A stretch of DNA of 59,426 bases, the filler included, from Sphacelaria rigidula (Eukaryota): assembly GCA_964200075.2 (NCBI GenBank). It is 8 parts of 8 records of this genome, joined end to end, with 100 filler letters (N's around TTAATTAATTAA, not from the genome) between each part and the next. Parts side by side here need not be neighbours in the genome. Positions count along the whole stretch, not along the records: positions 29,765 to 37,105 come from CAXNAA020015355.1; positions 37,206 to 44,546 come from CAXNAA020015356.1; positions 44,647 to 51,986 come from CAXNAA020015357.1; 5 more parts are not named here. The stretch is one strand, 5' to 3'. Of the stretch, positions 36,622-49,663 are shown piece after piece. Each line of letters opens with the position of its first letter. Position 1 is the stretch's first letter. The notes below the pieces were generated by a model. It did no database searches. It was not told the origin of the DNA and worked only from the letters and a program-made list of their open reading frames with translations. The position numbers and the translations under genes were made by a program.

Positions 36622-37105
36622 CTGCGAGCAAAGTTTGACGGAATCGAGCGAGAAAATGTGTGCTTAGGCTCCCGAGACCAAACCAGAATAATAGAGGAAA
36701 GAGGGAAGGAACCGAAGGGGCAGCGCTAGCATAAGCTTACAGCAGCAAAACTCCACACATGAAAAAAGCTTCCACGGCAGGAAAGCAGCTCCGTATGTGT
36801 AGAAGTGGCGATTGGGTATGGAACTACTCGTAGATTTGTACTCGGAGAGAAGCGAGGGGACAACGAAGCCAAAGCGTACCCAGAGACCAGGAAACGCCAT
36901 GACGGCAAGAAACCGGTTGCGACACCGTAGACCGTGTCTTATCGAGATCGATGAATCTGTTTGCCGAAAATCTGTTTCATTTGCGTCCCCCGTGATGTCA
37001 ATGGTCAAACGACTATGGCTGGCAACAAATGACCCCCGCCCCCCCCCCCCCCCCCCCCCCCCTCCACGGCCCGCCCCAACCGCCCCCCCGCACGCGCAAA
37101 AGACC

Positions 37106-37205
37106 NNNNNNNNNNNNNNNNNNNNNNNNNNNNNNNNNNNNNNNNNNNNTTAATTAATTAANNNNNNNNNNNNNNNNNNNNNNNNNNNNNNNNNNNNNNN
37201 NNNNN
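37106..37205. other. Artificial contig spacer
   Basis: N44-TTAATTAATTAA-N44. Confidence 0.99.
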
Positions 37206-38444
37206 CACTAGACCAACCACCCCTCCGTGCCACCTGCACCGCCCTCTCCCTCTTCGGGTTTTTTCCCCCCCCCCCCCCCCCCCCCATCCATCCACTGGCC
37301 TTCTGTTGGAGACCCCGGAATCCTGACAGCCCATTTCACGTTACCCTCGGAATGATTCTTTGCCGTGCGGCAAGGGTCTGTCGATTGATTTTTCGTATTG
37401 TGGCGTTGGTGTCTGATCCGTACGCAAGAAGCGAATTTCCACACTTGTGCAATTTCTCAGCGTGTTATTTCCTTTTCTGCCGGCAATTATCCGTCAGCTA
37501 ACCATGCCCCAAAGTCTGACCTATATCTTCAACTTCATTTGATGGGAGTTAGAAAGTATTGAATTTCATTTTGAAAAGGCCGAGTTTGAAACTAGCCTTT
37601 GAAACTTGTATCTATCAAACATGAACCTCACCCGCATGATAACCAAGGTCGTTCACGTTCGATTCATTTCACCAGCGAAGGAATGAGCCATAGCACCGGT
37701 TTCACGTGAGGTGTGGAATGGTTTGAGTGTAGTTGCACCGCGTTTTGGAGTTTTGAATGGGTGCACTGGCGTGCAAGTGCAGCAAGTGCCATGCAGTTCC
37801 ATCGCCTATCGAAGGAGTCGATGGAACTATGGTGAATATGGGCTTTAATGTGACCCATAGTGATTTCGGTTGATGTAATTGTGAGAAATGCTGTTTCGAA
37901 GCTGGTCCATTTCCCCTCGAAGACAACCAACTGTGAAAAATGAGGAGGGAAATCATCCACTTATGGCATGGGTCCTTTTTTTGCGCCATGCAGATGTTCG
38001 ATGGTCTTCATAAATTTACACCGCATTGTGGAATCTACCCCGAAAAACAGTAGGATTATATCTAGAGAGCGAGGTGATGTGCGGGGTATGAATAACCGCC
38101 TGGAGTACAAGAACACATCCTGCTGATCAAACGGGAAGTAGGTGTCCTCTTGTACTACTTTCGCCTATACTGCCATAGTCATGAACCATTTCGCTCGGAA
38201 ATAAAACCGGCATTTGATTATTAGGAAATATAACGAACATTTTGCGATTCTGCCCCTAGATCGAGTGCACTATGTTGAAAAATTCTCAAAACGATGCAAA
38301 CGTGATTGGGTGATGGTCCAACGATATCCCCTGGGGGTAGGAGATGATTACGTTGCATCCCCAGGATTTCGCAGTTTATGCGTAAGCTGCCGTTTTTTCT
38401 TGTTAAATTATGATCAAAAGCTCCTTTCCGTTACTCGCTACACC

Positions 38445-38800
38445 GGTCACCCCGATGGCTCAGTTGGTATCCTCGAAGCCTTCTGACGGTGGGGTCGTGG
38501 GTTCAATTCTCGGAGTGATCTGGGATTTTTTCTCACACCAAGCCCAACAGTGGAGAACGACTATGTCGTGGGTACACAAAATTTGACTCAACGGTGGACG
38601 AGGGAAAGGGACTGCCAAATACCTCTTGCGATAGAAGAATGAAGGCAAGCACCGCAGAAGGAAGGTGGGGTAGTAACAAAAAAGAAAGAAGAAAAAAGCT
38701 TCTGTGTTGACCCTCTTCCTGTGTGACCCCGGCTGGTGCGTTCACATATACCGGAAGGTTTAGACCGGCGCCCAGAGTAGATGGGACGAGAACACACACA
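38445..38800 (+). mobile_element. tRNA-derived SINE
   Basis: A box TGGCTCAGTTGG, B box GGTTCAATTCT, ~280-bp body, (CA)n tail, imperfect flanking duplication actcgctacac / attcgctacgc. Confidence 0.75.
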
Positions 38801-41800
38801 TTCGCTACGCTCCAAACTCAACGACGACGCCACGTACAGCAACCATGCACCTGCCATGCAGTAGCAGCAGTACCATCTGCAGCACTTGATTACCCGTAAA
38901 CTACCGCTAACGGTAGCAGAAAACGAAAACAACACCTGTACTCGTACAAGCGCAATGTTTTACTACTCCTGTGAATATTATCGCTCTCCGCGCTCAAGCC
39001 GTCTGAGCCGCAGCCCATGCCTCGTAAAATTAGAATCTCCGGCGAACTGTCTTCCGATAGTCTGCTCACCATGTCAGTCGCTGGATGCGCTACTGGGACG
39101 GTATGCAGAGAGGATCTAAACGAAAATGAGAGACGCACTTTGATCGACGAGCTCCTTGAGGGCAGCAAAAGCGGCAAAAGTTCACCGGAGGTGTTACTTT
39201 TCGAGTACCGAGTGCCTCTGCTTCCGTTGCTGTTGTGGACACATGTTGGGTGTCATGCCGAGATTTTTTTTTTCTGACAGTCTCGCTGGAGGACCCCGGA
39301 ATATGCAAAACAGCGTTGGAAAAAAATACGGAATGTGTTGAAATGCAGAGCGGTACCTACAGTTTATATAGTTGTATGGCATCGACACATCACAAGGACG
39401 CGTATCATCGCTTTCAAAGAAGAAATTTATCGCTCTCAAGCGAGAGTTTTCCTTATTCATTTCAACGCGTCAGTAGTACAATACAAAAGCACTACCATAT
39501 TTCATTTTGACTCACGCCATATCGTGACCGACTTCCACCCCCCGCGCCCCTTCACCCCCTGGTTGCAGGAATGCGCAAGGCTACGTCTTCGCCGTAACGC
39601 AGGGCCAGGGCCAGGGTTGAGCACAACTGGGATGAGAGGTTGCCATTGTGCATTCTGCTTCTATTGGCAGCACTTACTGCCACTGTTTGCCCCCGTCGTT
39701 CTCCTGCTCCAAATCCTGAATCGCGGGCGCTCTGCCGTTGGGATTAACAGAGTACCAGCGTACACGTTGACGTGAACCAATGTATACATGTGTGAGAGCA
39801 ATTGCTGCGTGCTGCTAGGCGCTCTTCTGCAGCGGCTGATGTCGATCTTGGAATCGAATGGGGGTGAAATTCGCATGCTGGCATGGTTATGAGAGCGTGA
39901 ATTGGTCCGGATTGCACCTCCAGCGACGGTTACGTGGTTTTGGATTGAGAGTACGTGCTGTTCAATGATTGAGGTGATGATTGGCTGTTGACAGCGGGGG
40001 GCTACGCTGACGATTCCGCTGGCGGTTGCCCGAGGGGTCTGGAATGTCTCGGGGAAAGTTTATATAGCTAAAAAATAAAAAAATATTGTGATATCGACGA
40101 CCTGAGGCATGAGCGACTCTTGATGAAAATACACGCTGCTGTTGTTGGCAGAGCATGATGTGCGAAGATTCGGGGGTGCAGTAAACGACGCTATGCAGGT
40201 GTATCAGTGACTCTAGTTCCTCTCATCGGCCGTCGTGTCCCGGTGGTCAAACTGAGACATCATCGGCTAGTTTGGGAGAATGGTGGGTTCAAATCCCGAA
40301 ACGAGTGCTTCATTTTGCAGAGGTTCGCAGACCTAACCCGAACCTGAGACAGCACAACATGATCGGTCGCCCGACCGGCATGAACGCACTGTGCGGAGAC
40401 TCCGCACCGTAGTTGTACAATGCAATTTATTGAAATAGGCGTGGCAGACTGTACTTGTAACAATTTTGACTAAGCTGTGATGGACCCCCTACTTTCGGAG
40501 ATTGTGCTATGATGAAATCCCCACCATACTGTTTTCCATCCCAGAGGGTGTTATGACTGACGTGATTTGACAGCAAAACGTCGATCAAATTGACGGGTTG
40601 TGACGTGGAGACCCGCTCCTTGAAATTGAATAGATCGCTCTGCTTCGCATCACACCTCCAATTTTCCTATCATTTCTCACATTGAAATGGAATGGAAAAG
40701 GAACAGAAGAGACAGACGCCCTCAATGAAGAAAAGGAAGAACGCCATACAAGCAGAAGAAGGAACGGAAAGAAAGTAAGGGCCATAGATTGACGATGACA
40801 ACTATTTCGGGCATCGCACCACGCAAGTTCCAGACATCATCGTTGTAGTCCGAGTGACGTCCTTCCACGTGCGCAAGGGTGCGCAGGAAGGAGGAGCTGA
40901 GACCGGAGTCGTCGCTCGGCAAGTTCCCGCTAGATTCTCTCCATCTATCCCTGGCCACTACTTGTAGATCCGTCTTGACGTACACGTACCTCCCGGAATG
41001 CCAGTGGGCGTCGAACGAGGCAAACGCGCTAGTGCCAACCCCAGTAGTGCAATCGTATTTGAGCCATTTCCACTGTAAACGGAACTGCGTGACGTATTGG
41101 GCGCCCACCCAGATGAGTTACACAACCGAGATCAAGGAGTACTCTACGCCTGAAGAGAGAGTCTCGGACGCGTCGGGGGGAACGCCAACGACTGCGTCGA
41201 CGGCAGCAGCACTCGACGAAATAAATAGGCGGTCGGGGGCGTTGGTAGCCGAGAAAGGCAGGAAATTCCAAAAACACATGTCCGTTGGGATGATCCCGCA
41301 TGACGGACAAACTCCCGCCCCGGGGTAAGAAAAGTCAAGACAAGTGCCTCCCAAAAATCAATCAATCACGGCGGCCTGCAGAGCTCTACTATTTCCGTGG
41401 GGAACCATGAAGACAGCTGGGTCACGCAAAGCCGTAGATTGCTCGGGCGTTATAGTCCGCACGCTGTGGTCGTCTACGGAGCAAGTAACGTGGCGCCTCC
41501 ACGAGATCCCTACAGATTCTCGCGTAAGCAAAACCAATTGGAGGTTGCTGGCGCGTGTCCGGCCAGTTCGCTGGCACGTGAGGCTTGCGTCTTTGGCAGA
41601 TGGCTTTGAACACACTCGCCGTGTCGCCTATTTGATCACCGCTTCCGGGTAAACCGCCGTCTGACACGACGAAGTCACGCGCTTCCGCCAACTTCACCTG
41701 GTGAAGATTAGTTGGCATTTGGGAGAGTTGGACGATGAAAGAGAGCTACGTAGCCGAACCGATCCCAGGGTGGTTGGATTCAGGAAGTGCGATTTAGTGA

Positions 41801-42206
41801 AAATCTACCCGGCCAGTCAGAAACAAAGGATTCGTTCGGTCGGTCAGAATAGAGCCGCAGAATTGCAGAAGGCCATCTGCAGGAGGCCTGCGGTGCACCT
41901 TTCCTAGCTCTGCTGCCTCTTTAGGGCCAAGCACCTTTGATCCATCGGCTCTTTGGAGCTCTGATGGCGTGTCTTAGCACTTTAGTTTTCGATCGAAAAA
42001 TTGCGGTCGAATTAGTTTTGCTGATCTCATAGGCCACGCATTCACGATTCTTGAAGGCTTCAACTCAAAATTATAACTAGCGGCGCGCGGAGAAGAATGC
42101 AACGAGGTATAAAACAATCGTTTGAGATTGAAAACATGCGATCGAAAGGCACAAAGCGGCACTTGTTGACTCCTATCTTACAAATAGGCTTCCACTTGTG
42201 ATGCTA

Positions 42207-44345
42207 GGTGGTGCCAATGGCTCCGCAAGTGCCAACTTATGTGCGCAGAGAGTGTTTGCTCGTTCGGAACATGAAAATATCACAATCACCCCGCCGCAAT
42301 TGGTTGCGGCGATCAGAGAGCATGCTGGGCATGCGGCGGGCACTTGCCACTGTTGTGGCCAAGTCGACCACCACGCGCGCGATTGCCCACCGTCTTTCGG
42401 TGGAGAGTCTGGGCAGTCTCATGCCGCGCGCCATCAGCATCGTCAGCACAAAGGCAAAAGACGAGGTAATCGTGGTGGCAGTGGCGGATCCTCCGGCGAT
42501 GGAGGGTCGCGGTCGAGTCCTCAGCAGCAGCAGCCGCAGCCGCAGTCGCAGCCGCAGCAGGGGCAGGGGCAGCGGCGTCAGCATGGGTCTGGTTCTGGTT
42601 CTGGGTCCGGCGCCGCTGTAGGTGCTGCCGCTCCGCAACGGGCGGTGCAGGTGGGACCGACTTCCGCAGTATCGAACACTGCGCCGGCACCGGCAGCAGC
42701 GCCAGGCGCGATGCCTGCTGGCGCTCTGGTCGGAGGTTCCCCAAATTCTTGGTCTGCTGGCTGGGGGCGGTCATACCCGCCGGCGGTGCCGTTTGAACCT
42801 GCCGGGGTTTCTTCGCCTGCGCAGCTTGCGCAGCTGTGGCGTCAAGTGAGATTAGCGGCGCATCGGTCGGCCAATACATTCGCAGTGGAGTTTGCAGACA
42901 ACTACGTTCCTGCGGACCTATGTCTTCCAAGCCAACGGGAGAGTGAAGCAATCGCGGTTCAGGCTAAGTGGGATTCTGGCGCCCACTTGACGGGTCATGT
43001 GAGTCTGCTGGTACAGATTGCAGAGATATTGGAACGTCTGCTCCCGGGTGTGCCGCTGTGCATTCCGTTTTCGCTCGGGGCGCGGCAGGCCATCACCGCG
43101 TCGGGTCAGCATCTTCACGTCACAGAGCGTACTGTTCCACTGCAGCTGACTGTCACGACTTCCTGGGGGCCGGCGTAGTTGCCTCCGATCTCGTTTGCGA
43201 TCATGCCGGGGTCGAGTGGCGTTGTTCTTCTGGGTTCGCCGATGCTTGAGAATATTGGAGTCAACGCTCGGTGGTTTTGGCACTCCATAAAGACGCGGAT
43301 GTATCCGCCTGGTCCGCGCTTGGAGACGCCCGCCGTTTTTAGCAGTCGTCGCGTGAGCTTGTCAGTGGGTGCCTTTTAGGAGACTGGAGGGCAGGTGACC
43401 GAGGAGCGGGATGCGGCGGTCGAACGCTCGGTAGAGCGCGGCCCGGAGATGTGAAGGATTCCGGCAGGAGAGGAGTCCGCTCGGGAGGTCGCGCTGGAGG
43501 AGAGCATGACGGATGCTTGGGCGACAGGCCTCAGCGTCTCAAAAGCGGAGCGCCTGCGCGGCATATTGCATTGCCGCGTCAACGCGTTTCGTCGCGGGCT
43601 GCGGGGTGATCCCTCTGCGCGCGTGGAGACCATGCTTGTTCAGCCAAAACTTGGGGCGTGCGCGGCGAAGACGAAGCTGCGGCGGTACGATCCAGTGAAG
43701 TCGAGTTGGTTGGCGTTGTGCATGGCGGCTCTTTTGGCGCTCGGGTTGGTGTTACGGAATTTGCAGGCGGGGTGGTCCAGTCCAGATGGCGTCCCCGAAG
43801 AAGGCTGCATCGTCGACGGAAGGCAGGCTGCAGGGGTGGGCGGCAGCGAAGGATCCGGTGGCTTATGCCGTGACGCTTTTCCATCTTCGTCCTGGATATC
43901 AGGTGTTAATGTTCCCGAATGCATTTGAGTGCCATTGGGATAGTTTGGTCATGCACGTTCCTACAGTTGAAATTCAAATGCCTGTTCGCGCTGTGGCTGT
44001 GTATGGTCCGTGTGAACCTGATGACTCGATGCCGTCCAAATCTGTTGTCCACCAAGCGCAACGAAACGACCGTGGGGCCGAAGATGCGGATGTGCAATCT
44101 TTCGAGTCGGACGTTGGAACTGCTGTCTTGGATAATGAAGGTCTGTATTGTGTACATATGCGTGGCCGAAACGTTTCGTGGGTTCTGAGTTCTGACAAGC
44201 AGTTGCATATACGTCTGATGATTTGCGCGCACATGCGCGACGCTGGGCATCGTGGTGCGGCTGCGACGCTTGTGCGCTTGCAAGAGTTTTGTGTCTGGCA
44301 GGGGATAGAACCTCATGTGCGCGAATTTGTCCGCCAGTGTCTTTG
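42207..44345 (+). mobile_element. Internally deleted gypsy fragment (copy 2): gag, protease, RT start, RNase H start, integrase zinc finger
   Basis: CHCCGQVDHHARDC knuckle, WDSGA protease-like site, AHMRDAGHRG..VRQCL. Collinear with copies 1 and 3. Confidence 0.9.
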
Positions 44346-44546
44346 TTACAGATTTATTGGTCATGTTCCAGTCGACTGGGTTCCATTTGTCATACTTGTC
44401 ATGCTTGGTACCCGACGGGTCATACTGCATTGTTTGATTGAATCCAGCTGCCTGCTCCCTTTGGGTCAGAGTCGTTTTGGACCATACATCTCAACTAGCA
44501 AAGCACAAGTTAGCCTGTACGCCAATAATACAAGAGCATCTACGCC

Positions 44547-44646
44547 NNNNNNNNNNNNNNNNNNNNNNNNNNNNNNNNNNNNNNNNNNNNTTAATTAATT
44601 AANNNNNNNNNNNNNNNNNNNNNNNNNNNNNNNNNNNNNNNNNNNN
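44547..44646. other. Artificial contig spacer
   Basis: N44-TTAATTAATTAA-N44. Confidence 0.99.
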
Positions 44647-44773
44647 GGTTTCACTCCGAGACAATGATAAGGTGTTGTGAAGGCTGACAACTGAGACCTT
44701 GATGCCAGAAGAGCTGGGGAGTCCCTCAATAGCATTTTGACGCTGCAGTAATAGCAAACCTGCTAGCGTCACA
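44647..44773 (+). repeat. 3' half of a gypsy LTR (3' or solo LTR), cut by the contig start
   Basis: Matches 49228-49348 and ends in GCGTCACA. It is not followed by the internal leader. Confidence 0.85.
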
Positions 44774-45946
44774 GCCCACTTTCAGGTTTTGCGGTATAAC
44801 TCCTGCCTATGTTCGACTTTGTCAAACATTTGCTTTTTGCTGCACTCGTAGAGTTTTGGAAAAGAGCTCAAAAACGAGGCCTTTGCTGAGAGTCCCCAGA
44901 AGACATTCACCTACACTTACGGCAACCAGAGGGTGTCCGTCGCGCCGAACGAAAATCTACCGGTTGACAGCCTTCCCATCAATTTTTGGAAAGGCTGTTT
45001 CGCTAATGTTTTTGTTCCGAATTTATCGGTTATTGTCCAGTCGAGTAGACTTCATGTGTCATACCCTTGCTTTGTTTAGCCCGACAGATCATGGGCCATT
45101 CTCCGAGTCTGATTGGTTTCCGGGTTTGTCCCCAACTAGGCCCACAGTCTTTTGGGAACTCATATCAAAGTGCGATTAGCAGCCACCAGCCTGTTGCCAA
45201 TAATACAAGAAGCATCAACACTATCACAGACTGCGATCTCAGAGGAGTCTCTGGTCTTCACACACTGTAAGCCTGTCTTTCACGCAACATATGTGTTTTG
45301 CCTCCGGTGCGAACCACGGGCATGTCGCCTGATCATTGGTGCGTGGGTTGACTCCCCACATGATGAAGCCGAGCTCAATGGCTTCGATACCCATGATTGT
45401 GTTTGGGCCCCATAGCCCCCGGTGCCCACTGAACTGGCACCTTCCCATCTAGGTGGTGAGTATCGAACCATGACATTTTTAAAGGCGTTTCGGAGGATCT
45501 CCCAAAACCGTTGTTTTCGAAAATCGGACCACCACAGCCCTATGTGAGCACACAGTAGTCAGCATACCATCAGGCGACAGCCGTCAACAAACGTTGCACT
45601 ACTGCTGTTATTTGACAACGCGCCTACCGCTGCCGTAATTTGGCGACAAATTCATTGTTTTCTCACTAAACCGTCGTGACCGTGTTTTAAACCGAAAGTG
45701 TCCTGCTTTGGGTTGGTCGTTTTCGTTAAACGGTCGTGCACCTCCGAATTTGGGGTATAATTACCCGTCTCGGGGGGCAATATGATGTTGTCCCCGGGTC
45801 TCTAAGGTTACTTTTTTCTCATACACGTTCCCAATCACTTTAAAACACACTACGTAGATCTGAACATCGACAATAAAGGTTCTTCGCGCCCGCCGTATCG
45901 CACATCGGCGCAACTTTCTGCGAAAACCGGTGTCCTCCTGCGAAAA

Positions 45947-46162
45947 GGCCTATTAGATAAGCTCACTTCGTGCTGTTTTCACGCCGGGGACGATAACTCG
46001 TCATCCCTGTATCATTTATTTTTATTTTTTATGTGATGCCAGCCATATGTGGGACATATGTTGGCGGTTGGACGGTCAAACACATCTGTTTGGCTGAGTT
46101 ATCGTAATACAACAAAGTGGGCTTATCTTATGGTCTTGTGAAAGTGAGCTTATCTAATGGCC
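45947..46162. repeat. Small inverted-repeat-bounded element
   Basis: ggcctattagataagctcactt pairs with aagtgagcttatctaatggcc. Confidence 0.5.
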
Positions 46163-46353
46163 GAGAGGAAGTACATGTTATACGCAACACATACACGTGG
46201 TTTACTGTACCGTCCTACAATGCACGACAATCATATGAACAGGAGTTTTTCACCTGTTTATTCATACTTATTAATCATGCTTAGCAACATTTATTTAAAA
46301 TAGCAGGCCTAACATAAACATGATACACACTATACTGGTGTGTCTTTGTCGTA

Positions 46354-46955
46354 CGAGCTGGGCCAGCTGACAGTGATTTTTGAACGAAGAGTGGAGATGC
46401 CGTTAGTAATTCGAAGAGTTAGGCGCTGGAGTTTTGACGCGAACTTTTTATCATCAACCCGCGCAACCCTATTGGGGGTGCAGAGAAAAACAAAAGCAGG
46501 AAATTAGAGCGAGTTAACGTTTCAGCAAAAGCAGGAAAAATGATGTAACTTCCTCAAAAATTGATAACAACGACACCAACGCTCCAACACATACGGGCAC
46601 TGGCGTCAACGACACTCTGGTGAAGTTTTGGCTAAAAATACCTCAAATTGGGCGCGGCATCGCACTTTTCGTGTGACACGGTCACGCCCCTTTAATTCAA
46701 GTGATACAGGAGACTCCAACTATGGAGGTCATGAGTTCGAATCCCGACATATTATCTTCTGTTTTTGTCCGTCGTTAAGGTAATATATTATTCACTACAT
46801 TTTTTCCCGTTTTGTTTCCTTCATTCAGCGGCGGTGCCGTGTGTTACCAAGTTGGTGTGCACTTCACAGCGATAGGCTCAAGTCGCGCTGATTTGAAAAA
46901 GTTGAGAAGTTGTGATGTGGAAAGCGAATGCGGGATTTACCGCCGGCCCAGCTCA
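46354..46955. mobile_element. Tc1/mariner-type MITE, second copy
   Basis: TA|cgagctgggccagc ... gccggcccagctca|TA. Interior homologous to 25583-26184. Confidence 0.8.
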
Positions 46956-47458
46956 TATAATTTGTTTTCTGCCCCAACGCTCATGAGCGGTACTGTGACA
47001 GCTAGTATATACTCGACTTCAAAGCGGATGGGCGTATTGCGCAATAAAAAAAGATCCACCCTTGTACGGTACAATACTCGCGCTAGACAACTTTCAAACA
47101 AAGCAAGGTCCTGCATACAGACCGATGCAGTAACAAAAGTAACGACACCTCCATTCAACTGCAACGTGCTTGCAAACCATGCGGTATGGTGTACAGTAAA
47201 GCCAATCTCTTCTCCAACACTGTTTTGGGAAAATTCCTGATACTTGTGTATAATCGTCAAACGAGCAACAAAATGCTACACGTCCATACCATGTTTTACT
47301 GCGCTACCAGACAAGCATTCAGTAGCAAACGGTGAGTAGTGGCGTTCGATGATTTCGTTCGGTTCGTTCTCGGTGGTGATGCTGTAGTTCTCGCCTCAGT
47401 CGGTGCCCTCACTCAATCGTAGTTGCTACTGTAGTATGTAGTGGTTGTGTAAAAATTC

Positions 47459-47628
47459 CACACCTTGGACAATATATGGTCAATAGATGCAATAGACGAG
47501 AAGTGTACTGCATAAAGTATAGGCCTATTGCAAATATTGCCGGCCGACCTTAGTCGCAATAGGCCTACACTCTATGCAGTACGTTTCTCGTCTATTGCAA
47601 CTATTGACCATATATTGTCCAAGGTGTG
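47459..47628. mobile_element. 170-bp hairpin MITE
   Basis: ~73-bp near-perfect arms, 24-nt loop, CACAC..GTGTG ends, near-identical 8-bp flanks aaaaattc / gaaaattc. Confidence 0.75.
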
Positions 47629-49077
47629 GAAAATTCTAAACAGCGAACTACTGCGACCTGATCGCACGAACAAGTGTTCCGTTTCAAACAAGACGGAACG
47701 TCCAAGTAACATGATGGTGCAATACGTCCTGTGCTTCGAGAAGAGCGATGTTACTGGTGATACTCGAGTGCGCTGAAGATGTGCCCCTGGATGCTGGCTT
47801 CTCGATAGTGGATGCTTCCCTTGGGTTTGCTGGTGGAGTCACTTGGGGTGGTTGCTTCTTTAAAACACAGCTGATCTTCGTTTGTGCTGATGGCTGATGG
47901 GGATTTTCAGTACCACGTCTCCTGCGCTCGATGTTCCGGGGATGTTGAACCTCCCCGCTTTTCACGTAGGTAGGTGAGGTAGCCTCAATAGCCCCTGCTG
48001 CAGTACTGATGAACCTGTTTTCTTGATGCCAAGCACTTCTCTGATGTACCTGTTTGTAAGACAGGTGCTTGGACGAGGGAATACACATATATAAAAGGTT
48101 GATCCAATTCCTGGTTATTGACATAGTATGCGTGCACTCAGCACGCATACCCCGGAGGGTAATCGCCGTCGAGTGACCCCCGGTGAGTGAACCCCGGTGA
48201 GGTCAGCTGATTGTACTCCTCGCTACATAGTCATGCTCCACGCAATTTTCCGACTACAGTACCCGTAGGTCATAATCTCGGACCGATTACCCCAAACAGC
48301 CCCCCTTATCGGGATGGGATACTAGAGAGTTTCGGGAAAACGTTTTACAAATCTGAGAGTCAGAGTGATGCAACGACAAGTGGTTGATCGTAGAGCACTC
48401 TTGTCCCAGCTTGTAATGCATGATCTCCTCACATCGAAATATTTCTTGAAAGCTACTTGTACTGTACCGAGGTGTTCACGCGACCAGCGTGTGCTCCAGA
48501 TTGTAGCATGGACGGACTCCTATGCACCACACGAGCAACAGTTAGGTCACCGCCATAGGTATCTTCTTTCACTCCGCATATCACGAACGTCTCTACAAGT
48601 GTTTGATCGCTCATACACCCCCCTCAACTGGCCTGTGGCAGGCTGTTCTGGTCGGGCACCCAGAGGGTCAGATGTGGATAAAATCAACGATGAATAACAC
48701 CCCAAGTTCGAATTGAATCTATTTGTTATCGCCGCACCACCGCCCTTGCTGGCATGTGTGTGACAGAAAACAGTAGTAGCGGTGGCGGGAACATTGCCCT
48801 GTTTTTCAACGACATCTTTTTCAGCGCACAGAGGCGCGTCATGTCCAAAAGGAGAGGCAGAGAGAAATCAATCTTCGCATTGGTGAGATCGACAGGCAAT
48901 TATTGTAAGACGAGAGAAAATCTCTCCGCAGCTCGATGTTTCGGCACATGAAAAATTGGGCACAAGCTGGTAACATCGATGGTGCCAGTCTCTCGAGAGT
49001 TTGGTACTCGCCAAGCGAGGACATGTAAAGAACACGGGCGAGGAGCTTCCTCTCTGTAGTTGCTTCTCTCTCTAGTG

Positions 49078-49348
49078 TGTGACGAAATCACGCCTTCACG
49101 TTGAGTATATGGTGATCATTGGATGGTGACTTGGGATCTGTAGTGATGAGATGGATGATGAGATGGGTGATGACATGGACACGGGGATATTACCCTGATG
49201 TGGTTTATGGAGCGTATGTGCCTGGGACGCACTCCGGGAATGATAAGGTGTTGTGAAGGCTGACAACTGAGGCCTTGAGGCCAGTGGAACTGGGGAGTCC
49301 CTCAACAGCATTTAGACGCTGCAGTACTAGCAACCTGCTGGCGTCACA
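49078..49348 (+). repeat. 5' LTR of gypsy copy 3
   Basis: TGTGACG...CGTCACA; homologous to 1780-2044. Confidence 0.88.
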
Positions 49349-49663
49349 ATATCGATATTGGTGCTAGTCGTGCTAGTCGTGCTAGTTGTGCTATCGTTAG
49401 GAGACTGCTGGAATTTTTTCAGCAGGTAGGAGTCTGGACGGCTTGTGAGAGCTTCGGGCATATAGCTTCACGGACGCGTGAGGAGGTTTCAAGCTGAGGC
49501 AGCTGCAAAGGCCGCTGGCCCGTGATTGATCCAGACTGGAGACTTGCTGGAGCTGCGTGCAGCGGGTGTTTATAGGACCCCAGGGCTGTGTGGAGCGGCG
49601 AAGAAGGCGGGTGAAGATTGTAAGTTCGAGAAGCTTCAGAAATCTTCGATTTTCCGCTCGAGA

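Noticed and set aside
42207-44773. LTR at 44647 as the 3' LTR of gypsy copy 2
   Set aside because: An artificial spacer separates them, so they are on different contigs.
47684-48148. 154-aa minus-strand ORF as a gene
   Set aside because: No recognisable motif or supported splice structure.
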